Source: Octopus sinensis
Lineage: Eukaryota
DNA: 64,000 nucleotides
Direction of reading: 5' to 3'
Assembly: GCF_006345805.1 (NCBI RefSeq)
Contig: NC_043000.1
Coordinates: 72,664,001 to 72,728,000, forward strand
Part shown: one piece after another, positions 47,980 to 62,995 of the stretch
How positions within the stretch are numbered: the stretch's first letter is position 1
How the letters are laid out: each line of letters opens with the position of its first letter
Made by a program: the position numbers and the translations under genes
Notes under the pieces: model-generated
What the model was told of the DNA's origin: nothing
Database searches by the model: none
The model's input: the letters and a program-made list of their open reading frames with translations, nothing else

Positions 47980-48675
47980 GGTTGCGTGCCCCTTTTGTTT
48001 TGAATGTCCCCTTAACCTCAGCTGTTGATTTTGTGATAAATCTGTCATTTCTGCTGTTCAGAACAGCATCGACAGTGAAGATCTTTTCATTTGAAAAGAT
48101 CGTTACAATGGAGGACTATTTCTTGAATCATGTAATAATTTTCTTGCACCTCTCCTATCTCCTTTCCTTCATAGCTGTTGTCAACAAGTGTTTTGGTGTT
48201 CTTGTGTAAGATTTTAACCTCAAATCATATTTTACAGCATTTCTAATGGTCTTGTTGTCTACCTCAATTTCAATTGCCATTTTTCTCATGGATTTGTTTG
48301 GATCCTTTAAGATTTTGAATTTGAGAGCTTTAATAAAGGCTTTGGTACGTTTTTTTGTTGATTCCTCAACTTCCAGACTTCCTCGTAATAATTTTGCTCA
48401 TAGTTATTCTATTCTTTACATTATAAATAGTCTTTATGGACACTCCAACTATTTTTGAAATCTCCTTTGGTGTGACGAGTGCATTCAGAAAATCACACTC
48501 TCTTTGACTTTTGGTTTCCTGATTACTCATATGGGCAAAATTTTCTGAAAAGGTAAGGATTATAGTGTTAGGTATGAGTATGGCATCAATATATGCTAGG
48601 TTTCAAAACAATTGACTTAGTGCCTCCTGAGAAAAAGCAACTTAACGGTCATTGTAAATTTGCTTCCCCACCCTG
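47980..48675 (-). mobile_element. Tc1/mariner-superfamily (maT/DD37D-like) transposon 5' half
   Basis: TA followed by cagggtggggaagc end; EISKIVGVSIKTIYNV HTH; SMRKMAIE..TIRNAVKYDL; IFSNEKIFTVD..NSRNDR. Confidence 0.75.
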
Positions 48676-48760
48676 TATGTATATATATATATGTATATAT
48701 GTGTGTATATATATATATAATATATATATATATATTATATATATATGTATATGTATGTAT

Positions 48761-48803
<43 letters not shown>

Positions 48804-48953
48804 ATATAATATATATTATATATGTATGGTATATATATATATATATATGTATGTATATATATATATATAATATATGTATGTATAATATATATATATATGT
48901 ATGTATATATATATATATATATATGTATGTATATATATATATATATATGTATG

Positions 48954-49017
<64 letters not shown>

Positions 49018-49580
49018 GTATGTATATATATATATATGTATATGTATGTATATATATATATATGTATATGTATGTATATATATATATATATGTATATGTA
49101 TGTAATATATATATGTATATGTATGTATATATATATATATGTATGTATATGTATGTATATATATATATATATATGTATATGTATGTATATATATATATAT
49201 GTATATGTATGTATATATATATATATGTATGTATATATATATATATTATATGTATGTATATATATATATATATGTAATATGTATGTATATATATATATAT
49301 ATGTATATGTATGTATATATATATATATATGTTATGTATGTATTATATATATATGTATATGTATGTATATTATATGTATATGTATATGTATGTATATATA
49401 TATATATATGTATGTATATATATATATATATGTATATGTATATATATATATATGTATATGTATGTATATATATATGTATATGTATGTATATATATATGTA
49501 TATGTATGTATATATATATGTATATGTATGTATATATATATGTATATGTATATGTATGTATATATATATGTATATGTATG

Positions 49581-49611
<31 letters not shown>

Positions 49612-50148
49612 GTATATGTATGTATATATATATGTATATGTATATGTATGTATATATATATGTATATGTATGTATATATATATGTATATGTATGTATATA
49701 TATTATATGTATATGTATGTATATATATATGTATATGTATGTATATATATATGTATATGTATGTATATATATATATATATGTATGTATATATATATATAT
49801 ATGTATATGTATGTATATATATATATATATGTATATGTATGTATATATATATATATATGTATATGTATGTATATATATATATATGTATATGTATGTATAT
49901 ATATATATGTATATGTATGTATATGTATATGTATATGTATGTATATATATATATATGTATATGTATATGTATGTATTATATATATATATATATGTATGTA
50001 TGTATGTATATATATATATATATATGTATATGTATGTATATATATATATATATATATGTATATGTATGTATATGTATATATATATGTATGTATATATATA
50101 TATATATATGTATATGTATGTATATATATATATGTATGTATATGTATG

Positions 50149-50179
<31 letters not shown>

Positions 50180-50184
50180 GTATG

Positions 50185-50215
<31 letters not shown>

Positions 50216-50700
50216 GTATATGTATGTATATATATATGTATGTATATGTATGTATATATATATATATGTATGTATATGTATGTATATATATATATGTATG
50301 TATATATATATATGTATGTATATGTATGTATATGTATGTATATATATATATGTATGTATATATATATGTATGTATATGTATGTATATATATATATGTATG
50401 TATATGTATGTATATATATATATGTATGTATATGTATGTATATATATATATGTATGTATATGTATGTATATATATATATGTATGTATATGTATGTATATA
50501 TATATGTATGTATATGTATGTATATATATATATGTATGTATATATATATATGTATGTATATGTATGTATATATATATGTATGTATATGTATGTATATATA
50601 TATATATGTATGTATATGTATGTATATATATATATGTATGTATATATATGTATATATATATATGTGTATATATATGTATACATATATATATATATATACA
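48676..50700. repeat. About 2-kb (TA)n/(TATG)n compound microsatellite
   Basis: Direct inspection. Confidence 0.98.
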
Positions 50701-50704
50701 TAAA

Positions 50705-52180
50705 CTAGGCCATAGCCCACACTACCAGATGATTCCTGATGGGCCGGGGGCTTTTCCTGGCTTCATGCCCTTAATTGCTTTATCTACTAGGGAGCTGTCT
50801 ATATGGATAGCTGGTCCATCTATTGGGTCAACATTTGGCAGGCTCTCTTCCTCCCATTCATTCTCCACATTGAGCAGTCTTTCATAATGGCTTCTCCAAG
50901 CCTCTTTCTTTTCAGAATCATTAAAAGTAAGTGCACCATCATCCATTCAGACACATTTCTCTCCTGTGACATCACAATTTTCTATCACAGACTGTCTTGC
51001 AATCTGAAATACCTCAGTTCTTTGGTCCTCACGTCGCTGGACATTGGCAAACTTCTTTTCTGCTTCGCTCTTGGCTATGTATACCTGCTGCCCAGCTTCC
51101 CTTTTGGCTACTTGTTACAGTTCCCTGCTACCCCCATCCCTCCAGGCTTTCTGGGCCTGTTTCTTTGCCCTAATGGCTTTGTCTACCATTTTATTCCACC
51201 ACCACGTAACTCTAGGTCTGGAAGGGACTTTGCACCAGCCACAGACTTGGTCTGTGGCATTCAGCAAGCTGTCCTGTAGGAATTTCCAACTACCTTCTAT
51301 GTCTGATGTTTGTAGCTCCTCTGCCCTCTCCTCAAATTTCTTGAAGTGGATGTCCCTAAATCTCTGACCATGTGAAGGGTTCTTTAGCTTCCAAATCCTT
51401 CTTTTTTTGGATTGGTCTGCTTCTTGGTATCCTTCTGGCCTTGAGACTAAAGTCACTAATGACTAGCCTATGCTGGGGGTACATTCTTCACCCAGAAGGG
51501 TCTTTGTATTTAAGAGCAACTCTGCGTCCCACTGTCTGGTGAGGATGAAATCAATCTGGCTTGCGAAATTCCCCGATTGATAGGTTATAATGTGGCTGTC
51601 TGGCTTCCTGAAGTTAGTGTTGCAGATTAAAAGGTTACATGCATCACAGAACTCCAGTAGCCTGGTTCCCTCATTGTTTTGGGTGCCAATACCATGGACA
51701 CCGTGTACCCCAGTGAAGATACCTGCTTCCTGCTCAACATGCCCATTAAAGTCTCCAGCCAGAAAGATGAGGTCATTGCCACTCGTCTTTGAGGTAGCCT
51801 GTTGAAGGGTGTCATAAAAGTGGTCCTCCTGATCATTTGGTAGCTCCGCATGTGGGGCGTAGGTGGAGATGATAGTAGCTGTGCTATTCTGCAGGACTAG
51901 CCTAAGCTTAAGCACTCCATCGCATACCCTAACAACCTCTATAACCTTATCCACCCATTTCTCTGAGAGGAGAATGCCTACACCCCCTACACCATCCATA
52001 TTACTTTGCCAGAAGAATTTGTACCTATGTGCCTTGCCTGTGAGGACCCTAGCTGAAGCTCCTCTCCATCTTACCTCTTGTATGCAGCATACATCAACCC
52101 GTCTCCTCAAGCATCTCTACAATCTCACTAGACCTACCTTTCATTGTGCCAACATTGAGAGTATCAACTCTGAAAACTGG
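50705..52180 (-). mobile_element. RTE LINE fragment (APE to start of RT)
   Basis: [35 protein letters not shown]; homologous to 42745-45732. Confidence 0.9.
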
Positions 52181-53374
52181 GAAAGGAATGTGGAGTGAGG
52201 TTAGGGGAGGAGGGATGTTACTCAGCACCTAAAAAGAAGAGGGTTGTTGTGGTGGTGTTCGTTTGTTAGGCATGCTTCATCTTTTCTCTCTTATTCCTCT
52301 CTTCCAACCTGACAACATTCAAGCATGTTAAGAATGTTGCTCCTACTGGAGGTAGGAGCTGGTGTTAGCAGTGTTGTAAGCATAGGCATTATGGTTATGA
52401 ATGATGCAGATTCAAGCGGTGTAGCAAATTGGCAAAATATGGATATTCCAATGTTAGGTTAGGAGGGTGTCAGCTGAAACTGGTTGCATTGCCTGGGTAG
52501 AGGGGGATTTCAAGAATAATGGAGGGTACCACCAGCGGGGAAGGGTTCAGACAGAGAGAGGAAACATGCTCATTCCTATATATTCACAAGCACACCCACA
52601 CTCAGAAATAAGTACACATGGGCAGCCTAATAGCTTTCTCCTTCACTTCATAAGGCCAAGGAAAATTCCTGGTTAGTGGTTGGCGTGTTTCTCTACAGAA
52701 TGAAAATGGAACGAAAGATAGCTGGTTAAGTAGGTGGGCAGATATCCGAGGGAGAGAGATAGAGAAAGAGAGGGGGAGGGAGGGAGATAGAGAAAGATAG
52801 GGAGGGAGATGGAGAGATAGAGAAAGAGAGGGAGACAGAAAGAGAGGGAGAGAAAAAGAGATGGAGAGAGATAAGAGAGAGTGCAGGAATATCGGAAACA
52901 GCACCAGTGAAGGAGGGGGAATTGGGACAAGAGATACCTGGAAGGGGTGGTGACAAATATCTAGACAGAACAGAACGTAAGATTATCGGTGAAGTATGTT
53001 ATGGTGGTGGGAGAAGGGATATCCGGTGTAGATGGTGGGACAATACAATAGAGATATCTAGTATTGGTGGTGGGGGTGGGAAAGGAAGGTGCACCGTGAA
53101 CAAGCAAAGTTTTGTTTGGAGACAACAGGACAAGATATGGTAATAAAGATGAGATTAAACAGGGGGAGAAATGAGTAATTAACTTAACGAAATTATAAGA
53201 GATGGAATTAAAATTATATTTTGAGGGGACATTTCCAATGGTTAGCTCATGGAAAAAACAACAAGCTGTTAGTAAATAAAACATTCAAGGTATTAATGGC
53301 GAATGCATACAGGGATGGAAAATGAGAGAGAAAGAAAGAAAGAAAGAATCTTAGCTTCTCAGATATCGTTTGGC

Positions 53375-54197
53375 AAAGGAATGGAAACTGGAGATTGACG
53401 AATGGTTAATAAGGGCTGTACAGGCCCTTTACAGAGAGGCTGTTCGTAAGGTTAGGATTGGCAATGAGTACAGTGAAGAATTCCGGGTAGAAGTTGGCAT
53501 CCACCAAGCCCTCAGTCTCCTTTTATTCATCATAGTCCTCCAGGCAATAACAAAGGAATTCAAGACGGGTTGCCCCTGGAAGCTCCTCTATGCTGATGAC
53601 CTAGCCCTCATAGCAGAATCACTACTGGAACTTGAGAAGAAATTTCGGGTGTGGAAGCTAGGTTTAGAATCAAAAGGCTTTAGAGTCAATGTAGCAAAGA
53701 CCAAAGTTGTAGTAAGTAGGAAGGCAAACTCACCACACACCCCTTCAGGTAGGTGGCCCTGCTCAATCTGTAGAAAAGGTGTTGGTAGAAACTCCATAAG
53801 ATGTACCCAGTGTAAGCTATGGACACATAAGAGGTGCAGCAACATCAAAGGAAAATTAACCGTGAAGATAGCTTTCATGTACGGCAGATGCACAGGGACA
53901 ATAGACACCACTGATACTCAGAAAACAGATTCCATTACACTCCTGGGGGAGAAACTAAAAGTAGTTGATAGTTTCTGCTACCTAGGTGACCAAGTTAGTA
54001 GTGGGGGTGGATGCTCAGAGAGTGTTACCACTAGAATAAGAATAGCCTGGGCAAAGTTTAGAAAGCTTCTTCCCCTACTGGCAACAAAGGGTCTCTTGCT
54101 CAGAATGAAAGGTAGATTGTATGACGCATGTGTGCGAACTGCCATGCTTCACGGCAGTGAAACATGGGCTGTGACTGCGGAGGACATGCGTAGAAGA
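53375..54197 (+). mobile_element. RTE LINE fragment (RT C-terminal half)
   Basis: LLYADDL, WPCSICRKGVG, YLGDQV, AMLHGSETW. Confidence 0.9.
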
Positions 54198-54199
54198 GA

Positions 54200-57100
54200 A
54201 AGAAGAATAAATGTGTTCACCCCCACCTTTTTTTTATATACTCAATATTTTTTTCTTCTTAGGGTCTACTTTTTGGAATTCAGTGTTCTTCCTTTTCCTT
54301 GCAAATGTGGCTTTGACTTCTTGTAAATATGTTGGAACCTGAAAAGCATCATATAGCCCATCCATCAGTATTTCTACTCTTGTTAGTTCCTTTTCCATGA
54401 CACTTTCTTTAAGCTGATTTCTATGTCTCCTTTCCATTACATTTCTGCTTCTTACACCATGCCTCATTCTTCCTATATATGTTGCAATTTCCCCTTTTTT
54501 CCAGTATTTCTTGCCATTTTTGTACATTCTTGTACACCTTATCACCAATTCTAAAGAATTTTGGTATATCTTTTCTGGCACATATTTTTTTCTTCACTGG
54601 TAACAGTTTATTAAATACTGACTTCACCTTTAAGGCAGACATTAATTCTGTTGAACTTCCTTCGGGCACATTTGGTTTTGGTTAAGTTACCCTGTATACC
54701 CTTAAGAATTGTTGGATTGTGACCTCGTCTTTAGCTTCATTAGTAGCTTTCTTTAAAGCTCTCTTAACAGTGTCCACGAACCGTTCAGCCCTTCCATCCA
54801 ATCTAGGGTAATACAGTGGTATAGTTTTATGTTCTAATGTGAACATCTTGCAGAATCTTTTAAACTCACAGGATATTAACTATGTTCCATTATCAGAGAT
54901 AATTATATCCAGTACACCAAATCTTGTGAACAGCTTGTGTAAGAAGTTTATTACTGTATATGAGGCTGGTCATTTGCACCTCACATCCTCAGGCCATTTT
55001 GTGCAGATGTCCACTACTCTTAAGTAATAATATCTGTTTACTTGGCCTGCAAAATCAATATGCAATCATAGTGTTTTCACTTCCGGTCAAGGTTCACATT
55101 TTGTAGTAGGTAGTTTCACTGCTATGGAACTCTTTTAGCACTCTCTTCTGTAATATCTATGGTATGACCAACCTCTGAGTGTACATTAGTACACCATCAC
55201 ATATAGAGTACACACTCACATCTTGGCAGTTCTTTGCATCAGACCTTTCTTTATTTCCTTTTGTCAACCACAGTTTTCTTTTTGTCTCATTAATAAATTT
55301 GTCATTTCTCGCATTTCTTTTTAATTCTTCCAAAGTTACCGGTAGTTCCCACACGATGTTCCACATCACTTTTTTGTTTCCACTTCTGCTCTTAGTGCTG
55401 CTATTATGGTGTCCTCCACCAGTTCATTATTTCTTGGAATTAACCTAGACAGACCATCGACATGCCCCAACTCTTTTGAAGGCAGATATTCCATTCTATA
55501 ATCATAGTTTACTAGAATGGTACCCCACCACTTCAGTCTGTTTGCCATATATGTTGGGATTCCTTTCTTGGATCCGTATATCATTATTAGAGGACTATGA
55601 CCCGTTTGCAATCGAAAACGTCTGCCATGAATGAACCTGTGGAACTTTTTCATACCAGCTATAATAACCAATGCCTTTTTTCAATCTGGCTATAGCTCTT
55701 TTCCTCTGGCAGTAATGTCCTTGATGAATGAGCTATAACCTTTCTCCTGCCATTGTTATCTTTGTGTAGGAACACGGCTCCTATCCCATACTTGCTAGCA
55801 TCAGTATCTAGTATTATTTCTAACATTGGGTCGAAATGCATAGGATACAATTCTGAAGTTAACACATCTTTTAACTCTTTAAATGCTTTCCAGCTGTGAA
55901 TGAACTTGTGGAACATTTTCACACCAAATATAATATCCAACACCTCTTTTTCAATCTGGCTGTAGTTCTTTTCTACCGGCAATAATGTCCTTGATGTGAG
56001 CTATGTCCTTTCTCCTGCCATTGTTATCCTTGTGTAGGAGCATGCCTCCTATCCCCTACTTGCTAGCACCTGTAGCTAGTATTAATTCTATCTTTGGGTT
56101 GAAATGCATAAGATACAGGTCTGAAGTTAACATCTTTTAACTCGTTAAATGCTTCCTGGCATTTCTCGTTCCAAATCCTTTTGGGCATTTTTTTTTAGTA
56201 ATTTATTAAGTGCTGCCTTTACCTTATGTATATTTGGTGTATACACTTTGTATTAATTTATCAAGCCTAGGAATGCTTGTAGCATTGTCATGTTCGTCGG
56301 GGACAGCATATTTCGTATTACTGTCACCCTTGATGGGTCCAATCTGTGTCCACTTTTGTTGATTACTTGACCTAGGTATTTTATTTTTTCCATAAAAAAT
56401 TTGCATTTTTCTTCTGTCAGTTTTAGCCTGTATTCACTTATTCTCTCAAATACTTTCTTTATGTGTTCAATGTGTTGCACCCAATACTTGCTCTTTATCA
56501 ATATGTTATTGAGGTATGCGATGGTGAAGTCGCAGTCACTTAACATCACATCCATTATGTGTTTGAATATGGCGGGTGCCACTTTTATTCCAAACAGCAG
56601 CTGTTTAAACTTGTACAATCCATGGTTCATGTTGATTGTTAGTAGATGTGTGCAATCTTCCTCTAATTGAATTTGAAGGTATGCCTCTGAAAGGTCTAAC
56701 TTCAAGAATATTTTCCCTCCGCTTAGTTTAGCAAATACTTCTGGGCTTGGTAGTGAGTAACTGTGTGTGAGTAAAAGTTGTTTCCAGTTGAGAAGTCTGC
56801 ACACACTCTTAGCTTATTATCATTATTATTATTTTTTTTTTTCTCATAGACTGCTGATGCTGCTCAGTCTGCAAGATCAATCTTTTCAATTATATTCAGG
56901 CTTTCCAACCTTTCTAGTTCTTTATTTACCTGATCTACTGCTACAGATAGCATGTTCTATTTGGACCTGAAAATAGGTGTTGAATTTTCTTCAGTAGCAA
57001 TCTTTGCTTTTGTTTTTGTGCAACAGCCTAAACCTTCCGAAAAAGCTCTTAGGAAAGTTTCTTTAATTTTTTCATCTCAGTTTATCAACCTTGTTTGATC

Positions 57101-57420
57101 GTTTGACTGCTTCATTTACATTATTGCTCAAACGCTTATGGGTGTATCCCTTAAATTAAATTTCTCCAAACATTCAGTGCCAAATAAATTCATGGATGTT
57201 TTTCAACACATAAACATTCACTTTTTTGGTTCGACCTTTGAATAGTATATTACAAATGCATTTGCCCGTGAAATATAATTTTCTCCCCATAACACCATAT
57301 GCTATTTTGTTTGAACTACATAATTTGGGTTTACCCATTTGTTCCTATGTTCTCTCATTTATGATTGTGATGTCACTTCCCATGTCTAACTGCATTCTGG
57401 AGGGGTATATAGTTTCACTA
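54200..57420 (-). mobile_element. Degraded Gypsy/Ty3 pol (PR, RT, RH, INT) with a duplicated RNase H segment
   Basis: MQLDMGSD (protease), LDLSEAYLQI / FGIKVAP / AYLNNI (RT), DASKYGIGAV / YSQIEKE twice (RH), YPRLDGRAERFV (integrase). Confidence 0.9.
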
Positions 57421-57421
57421 T

Positions 57422-57462
<41 letters not shown>

Positions 57463-57489
57463 GTATTTATGTGTGTGTCTCTGTGTCTG

Positions 57490-58245
57490 TAATTGTCACC
57501 CCTCCACCATTGCTTAACAACTGATGTTGGTGTGTTTAAGCCCCTCTTAACTCTGCGGTTTGGCAAAAGAACTGATAGAATAAGTACTGGGCTTACAAAG
57601 AATAGGTCCTGGGTTGATTTCCTCTACTAAAAGGTGGTGCTTGAGTATGGCTGCAGTCAAATGACTGAAACCAGTAAAAGAAGAAAAGAATAGTCTAGGA
57701 AAACATGGAACGGGGTGGTGAAGCTTGATCTTCCAACTTTGGATTTCACAGAGGTAATGGCTAAGTGACCAAGACCTTTGGTGATGTGCAGTGCTTGAGA
57801 AGTCCTTTCAAGTGAAATCGTAGTTGTGGCCAATGTTGGTGTCATGTAACTGGCATGTAAAAAGTATCTTTCAAGCATTGGGCCTCATAGAGGCAAAATA
57901 GCCAATGCTGGTGGCATGTGAAAAGCTCCTTTTGAGTGTTGGGCCTCAATAATGAATGACTGAGACTTTTGGCATTATGTCATGCTTGAGAAGAAGACCC
58001 ATCAAACCAAGTAAATCACAGTCATAGCAGATACTGGCGTTATACTAATGGCACCCATTCCAGTGGTATATGAAAGCACCCATTACACCCTCGGCGTGAT
58101 TGACATTAGGAAGGGCATCTAGTTGTAGAAACCATGCCAAATCAGACTGGAGTCTGGTGCAGCCTTCCAGCTTGTCAGCCTTAGTGAAACCATCCAACCC
58201 ATGCCAGCAGGGACAGTGGATGTAAAATGACTATGATGATGATAA
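57490..58245 (+). mobile_element. SINE 3' half followed by an RTE-derived 3' tail ending in (GAT)n
   Basis: SINE match to 28545-28735; RKTWNGVVKLDL resembles the RTE C-terminus; subrepeats tggcatgtaaaaag; tail atgatgatgat. Confidence 0.7.
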
Positions 58246-58437
58246 GATTCAGTTGAATTAGGTACTTATGTTGAGGTACCTCATTAGGTTGGAATAATAT
58301 ACACACACAACAATATTATGTAAATATCAACTTTGGTACAGAAGTACCGATGGAATGATATTCTTGCAGTGGATGCAGACAATTTGACCCAGCTGAGTAT
58401 ATAATCCACTCTTGAGCTATTCAGATATTGTTACTTT

Positions 58438-58468
<31 letters not shown>

Positions 58469-59904
58469 TCATTCATTTAAATGCCCATTTTCCAATGCTA
58501 GCATTTGTTAGGCATATAATTTTGAGACATTCTTGTACAGCTTTTACCCTTCCTTTCAGTAATCTTTTTTTTTTTTTATGTCTTTCAAAGTCAGTGGATG
58601 ATTTGTCAACAAGATATAAGCTGAGAAGAATGTTTCTTCTAGCTTGTGATTTTCATAGACTGATAATGTAAACAAACATACAAATATTTGTTTATATAAG
58701 TGATTTTCTTTTAGTTTCAGCACACACCTTTGTAAATTGCTGATAATGATCCAATGTTAGGAGTACCTCAGTAACATCTGGGCTGGTACAGATGGTGTCT
58801 ATAGCAGGGGAAGACATATATATATACTCACTCTCACTTTCCTCCAGTTTTTCTTCATGAGAAATGATAGATACATTTCTTTGTATGTTTGATTGTTGTG
58901 CACACATTGGTGTATATATATGTATAACTTGGCCTTTTGTCTTAGCTAGTACCTGTCTGTGACCATGCTGGGCCACAGCTTTTATATGTGTATGTATGAT
59001 TGCACCAAGTCTAATAATTAATCTCAGGTGTAATTTAATGACGAAAATCTTTATTAAATGCCACAAAGAATTTTATCTGACTCTACCAATTCATCCATTA
59101 GTCATTGAATCATGTCATGTAGCTATGTAATTTGTCATGAACGCAGTTTTGTGTATATGTATCCATATTTGTATGTGTGTGTGTGTGTGTGAATGTAGAG
59201 ATAAACCAATCTGCAGAAACTAATGTCCTAATTAACTTGGTCCTCATAATATATGTATTTTTTCTCATATGTATATGTATCTGCTTGTCTATTCTTCTGT
59301 CTGTCTGTCTCTCTCTCTCTCTATTTATTTATGTATATGTTTAATATCTTGTTAGACAAAGAAGCTGAAAAGAACATCAAAAGTGACATATAGCAGCGAA
59401 AGTGAAGAAGATTTGAGTGTATCATACAAGTCAAACAAAACAGGTGTTAGTATATATATATATATTTAACTTACATTTTTCTATAGTATTATATTTTTTG
59501 TTCTTGTGATTCAGTTAATTTTTAATGTAATGAACAGGTGAATGAGATCAAATTGTAACAGATTTATACATATGCTCACTCATACAAGAAGTAATATACA
59601 TATATATTAGTTGTGAAGAATATTCTGAAATTTCACAAGAATTTTCTGTTAAATCAATTTTCCAATAGCTATAATCACTTAATGTAATGCTTTCTCCATA
59701 TAAACCCCCTAGTCCGGTTAGAAACTAAAGATTTTGGTAAAATGCTGTCTGTCTAGTATAAAAATAATAACGGTATAACTATTCCATGAATTTTGATAAA
59801 ATTTGCTGATATGGAATAATGGTCATTGGTGTTTATTGTGAATATATTTTTACCTTTTTTTATTGACTTTTGCTTGTCATGTTATGTTCACCTGTCTGTA
59901 TAGG

Positions 59905-61970
59905 TTGCATTCAGATTTATCTGTCAAATATAATGCTTATTTGTTCACATTATTTTGAATTAATCAGGTTCAAGGTGGGAGGGTGTCCAAATATTTGTAA
60001 CTTTGTTAATTTCTTACATACACACTTGAAATTTTGTCAGTGGGTGCTTAACTACCATGGTTTATAGTTATGTAATTTTAGCTGATCTTTTTGATTAAAT
60101 TTGACTTTTATGGGCAGGTAAAAAGTACAAAGCTCTTTTACTAGTCAATTTATCATTTTGTATTTCTATCAAACTAGAAAATATAATTATGCCATATTTC
60201 TGTCTTGGAATTGTCCAGAGCACCTTTTACATGAGGGTACTTGGTATAATGAACACAAAGTTTTGACCTGATACTTTTTAGCTGTTTTTCTCTTTTGTAG
60301 TGAACACAATCTACAAACTTTCTTTCTCCCATTTATTTTTTCAACTTTATGGAAGTTAATATTTTCTCTGTTGACATCCACCTCAGTTAATTTTGCTTTT
60401 CTCTGAGTTCTGTGCTTTCTGGAAGAAAAGCCCTCATGTAACTGAGATGCAATTTCAACCTGAAATTTCATGTGGCTGTAATCCTTTGGTGGTAGAGATA
60501 CCGTGTAGCTTTTTTACATAAACAATATATGAATTAACAATAGTTACGTTAACTAAAAACTACAAAATGTACCTCACCATTTCGTTCCAGAAAATCCAAC
60601 TGGATTGGGTTTATTGACACCACCCATATATTTACTTTGTGAAATATTTACTGTAGGCTTCCTCTCAGTACCAACACCAGGTTGTTCATTGGTAGACAAA
60701 ACTAAAATTTGTCTTTTGCCCTTGTATACTGTGACTAGCAAATTTTCATTTTGCATTTGAAGAATGCCCCCTCTTTTTTAATTTGGTTGTTATTTCACGA
60801 GGTAGTCTTTTGCAATTGCTCATCACAGTACTACACGTGCAAGTGCTTACACTGGCAAGATGTTCTGCCAAAGCCACTGAAGAAAACATCATACCCCAAT
60901 CCATCTAGTCTGTCTCCATTATATTTTTACCCTGTGTAAACCACAAAATTTGCACAATACCCTGTATCTGATTCACATACCCCCTATATCTTGATGTCCC
61001 ATGTAGTCAGTTTAAAAGGCATCTTTTGCCGAAAATGTATCCTACCCTTATAATCTATCATAGTTTCTTCTACACTGAGATTTTTCCCAAGTAGATACAT
61101 GGTTTTATATTTTTCAGAAAGTAAATCATTAATTGGATACATTTTATATTGAGATCATAATTTGGTTCACTCTTGCTGGGGGTATTAGCAAAATCAGAAA
61201 AATGTAAATATTGAGATATTTTTGAATACCTTGTTTGTGACATAATACATATAATATACATGGATCACCATACCTTATATCGGAACTCCAGTAGTTCCAC
61301 AATCAAGGAAACTGCTTGATACCAAACATAATGTTTATGGTAAAAAAATGTTTGCATTTCTGCAGGTCTTCCATGAGCAGAAATCATTTGTTGGGCATAT
61401 TTAATTTTGAAAAAGAAACTTCTGGTAAAAATAAAAATAAATAGTCCAATGGTTGAACATTAGAAGGCAGATTATGTTGTGGGCCAGTTTTTTCTGTTAA
61501 ATCTTGAATTGTGGCTGATGTTGTAATTTTTGACCATGTTGCCATGCTGCTTTGAATATTGTCATTTTCATCACTATCACTATCTTTCTCGTCCAACAAA
61601 AATTCATTAACATCAATATCAGATTCATCTGAAGACAAATCATTTTCTTTTACATTTTGTATATCAAGATGAAAACCTTCAAAGTCAGGATTGCTACTTG
61701 CTGACGCCATATTGATAAATACTTATATACACACTTCTTTAAACGTTGAAAAAAACCATCTGGTCTCAAAAATTTCATGGTAACTATACTTTGAATAAAG
61801 GTGGGAAAGGTTTTATCTTGCATTATCTCAAAGCTACAAGAATTCAATAATGTGGTTTTATTTTTTTTAGCGACTTCATGCAGAAGCCAATTATGGCCAG
61901 ATTTAGCTGGTTTGAACAAACAGAAAGGAAATAATTTAGACTGGATTTGGCTGGACTGAATGCTAAAGGG
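59905..61970 (-). mobile_element. Degraded piggyBac-like transposon
   Basis: Acidic N-terminus, PLDYLFLF, MSQTRY..YLHF, YKGR..RQ.MP.K, YMGGV, C-terminal Cys-rich domain; end aatgctaaaggg at 61970. Confidence 0.85.
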
Positions 61971-62664
61971 ATGAATTGGTTAGATATACTTATGAGATAT
62001 TGATTTCCTGTTTCAGAGTTGAAATTGTGCTCCAATTGGTCTGTAACCTGGAGGCTGTACAGTTCCTATAAAAAATTCCACAATATGCTTTCATCTCCTC
62101 CATTCAAAAGTAAGGCCCAACAAATTAGTGTTACTTTATTACAATAATTATGCTCTCCTAATAAATCCACCAGCATACAGAGATGTTGCATTAAAAATAT
62201 ATCATTAACTTGAAAAAATTTTTTACCATTCACTTATAAATGCATTCCTGCTCAGAATTGATAATCGGATACATATATTATTGGGATAGCTGGTATTTGT
62301 AGATGACATTGAAATATCAGTTTTCTCTAAGTCTTTTTTTCAAATTAATCCTTAATAAATAAATCATTAATAAATTATATCACTGAATTCTAACCTGTTA
62401 CTTTGAAGAATCAATTTTGAAAGTAGAAAATCTGGAGAAATTCACTGATTAAAAAAAAAAAGCACATGTGGTGCAAACAAGAAGTTGACTGGAAGTTGTT
62501 TGTGAAATTAGTTGAAAGTTTGTTTCTTGTACAGAAGTGTTCTTGGTTTTAGTATTTGACTCCAAACAATAACACTGTTTGAACTGTGGTTAGATGAATG
62601 TTTTACTTAAATGCCTTTATAGAAGAAATTAGATTGTTCCATTGTTTTTATAAATATAACATAC

Positions 62665-62995
62665 AAAAAGTAGCACTCTGTCGGTTATGATGACGAGGGT
62701 CCCAGCTGATACGATCAATGGAACAGCTTGCTCATGAAATTAACGTGCAAGTGGCTGAGCATTCCACGGACACATGAACCTTTAACGTAGTTCTCAGTGA
62801 GATTCAGCATGACACAGGGTGTGACAAGGCTGACCTTTTGAAATACATGTACTACTCATTTTTGCTAGCAGATTGGACTGGAGCAATGTGAAATAAAGTG
62901 TCTTGCTCGAGGACACAACGTGTTGCTAGGAATTGAACTCACAACCATATGATTGTAAGCCAAATGCCCTAACCACTAAGCCACACACCTTCACA
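62665..62995 (-). mobile_element. tRNA-derived SINE
   Basis: Minus strand A box tggcttagtgg, B box gagttcaattcc, then tgtgtcctcgagcaagacactt. Confidence 0.8.

Noticed and set aside
48794-50887. Long ORFs (up to 600 aa) rich in Y/I/M/C/V, and similar ORFs at 28.6k, 30.4k, 34k and 45.8k
   Set aside because: Translations of TA/TATG microsatellites, not genes
58692-59066. 124-aa minus-strand ORF
   Set aside because: No recognisable motif or convincing splice context
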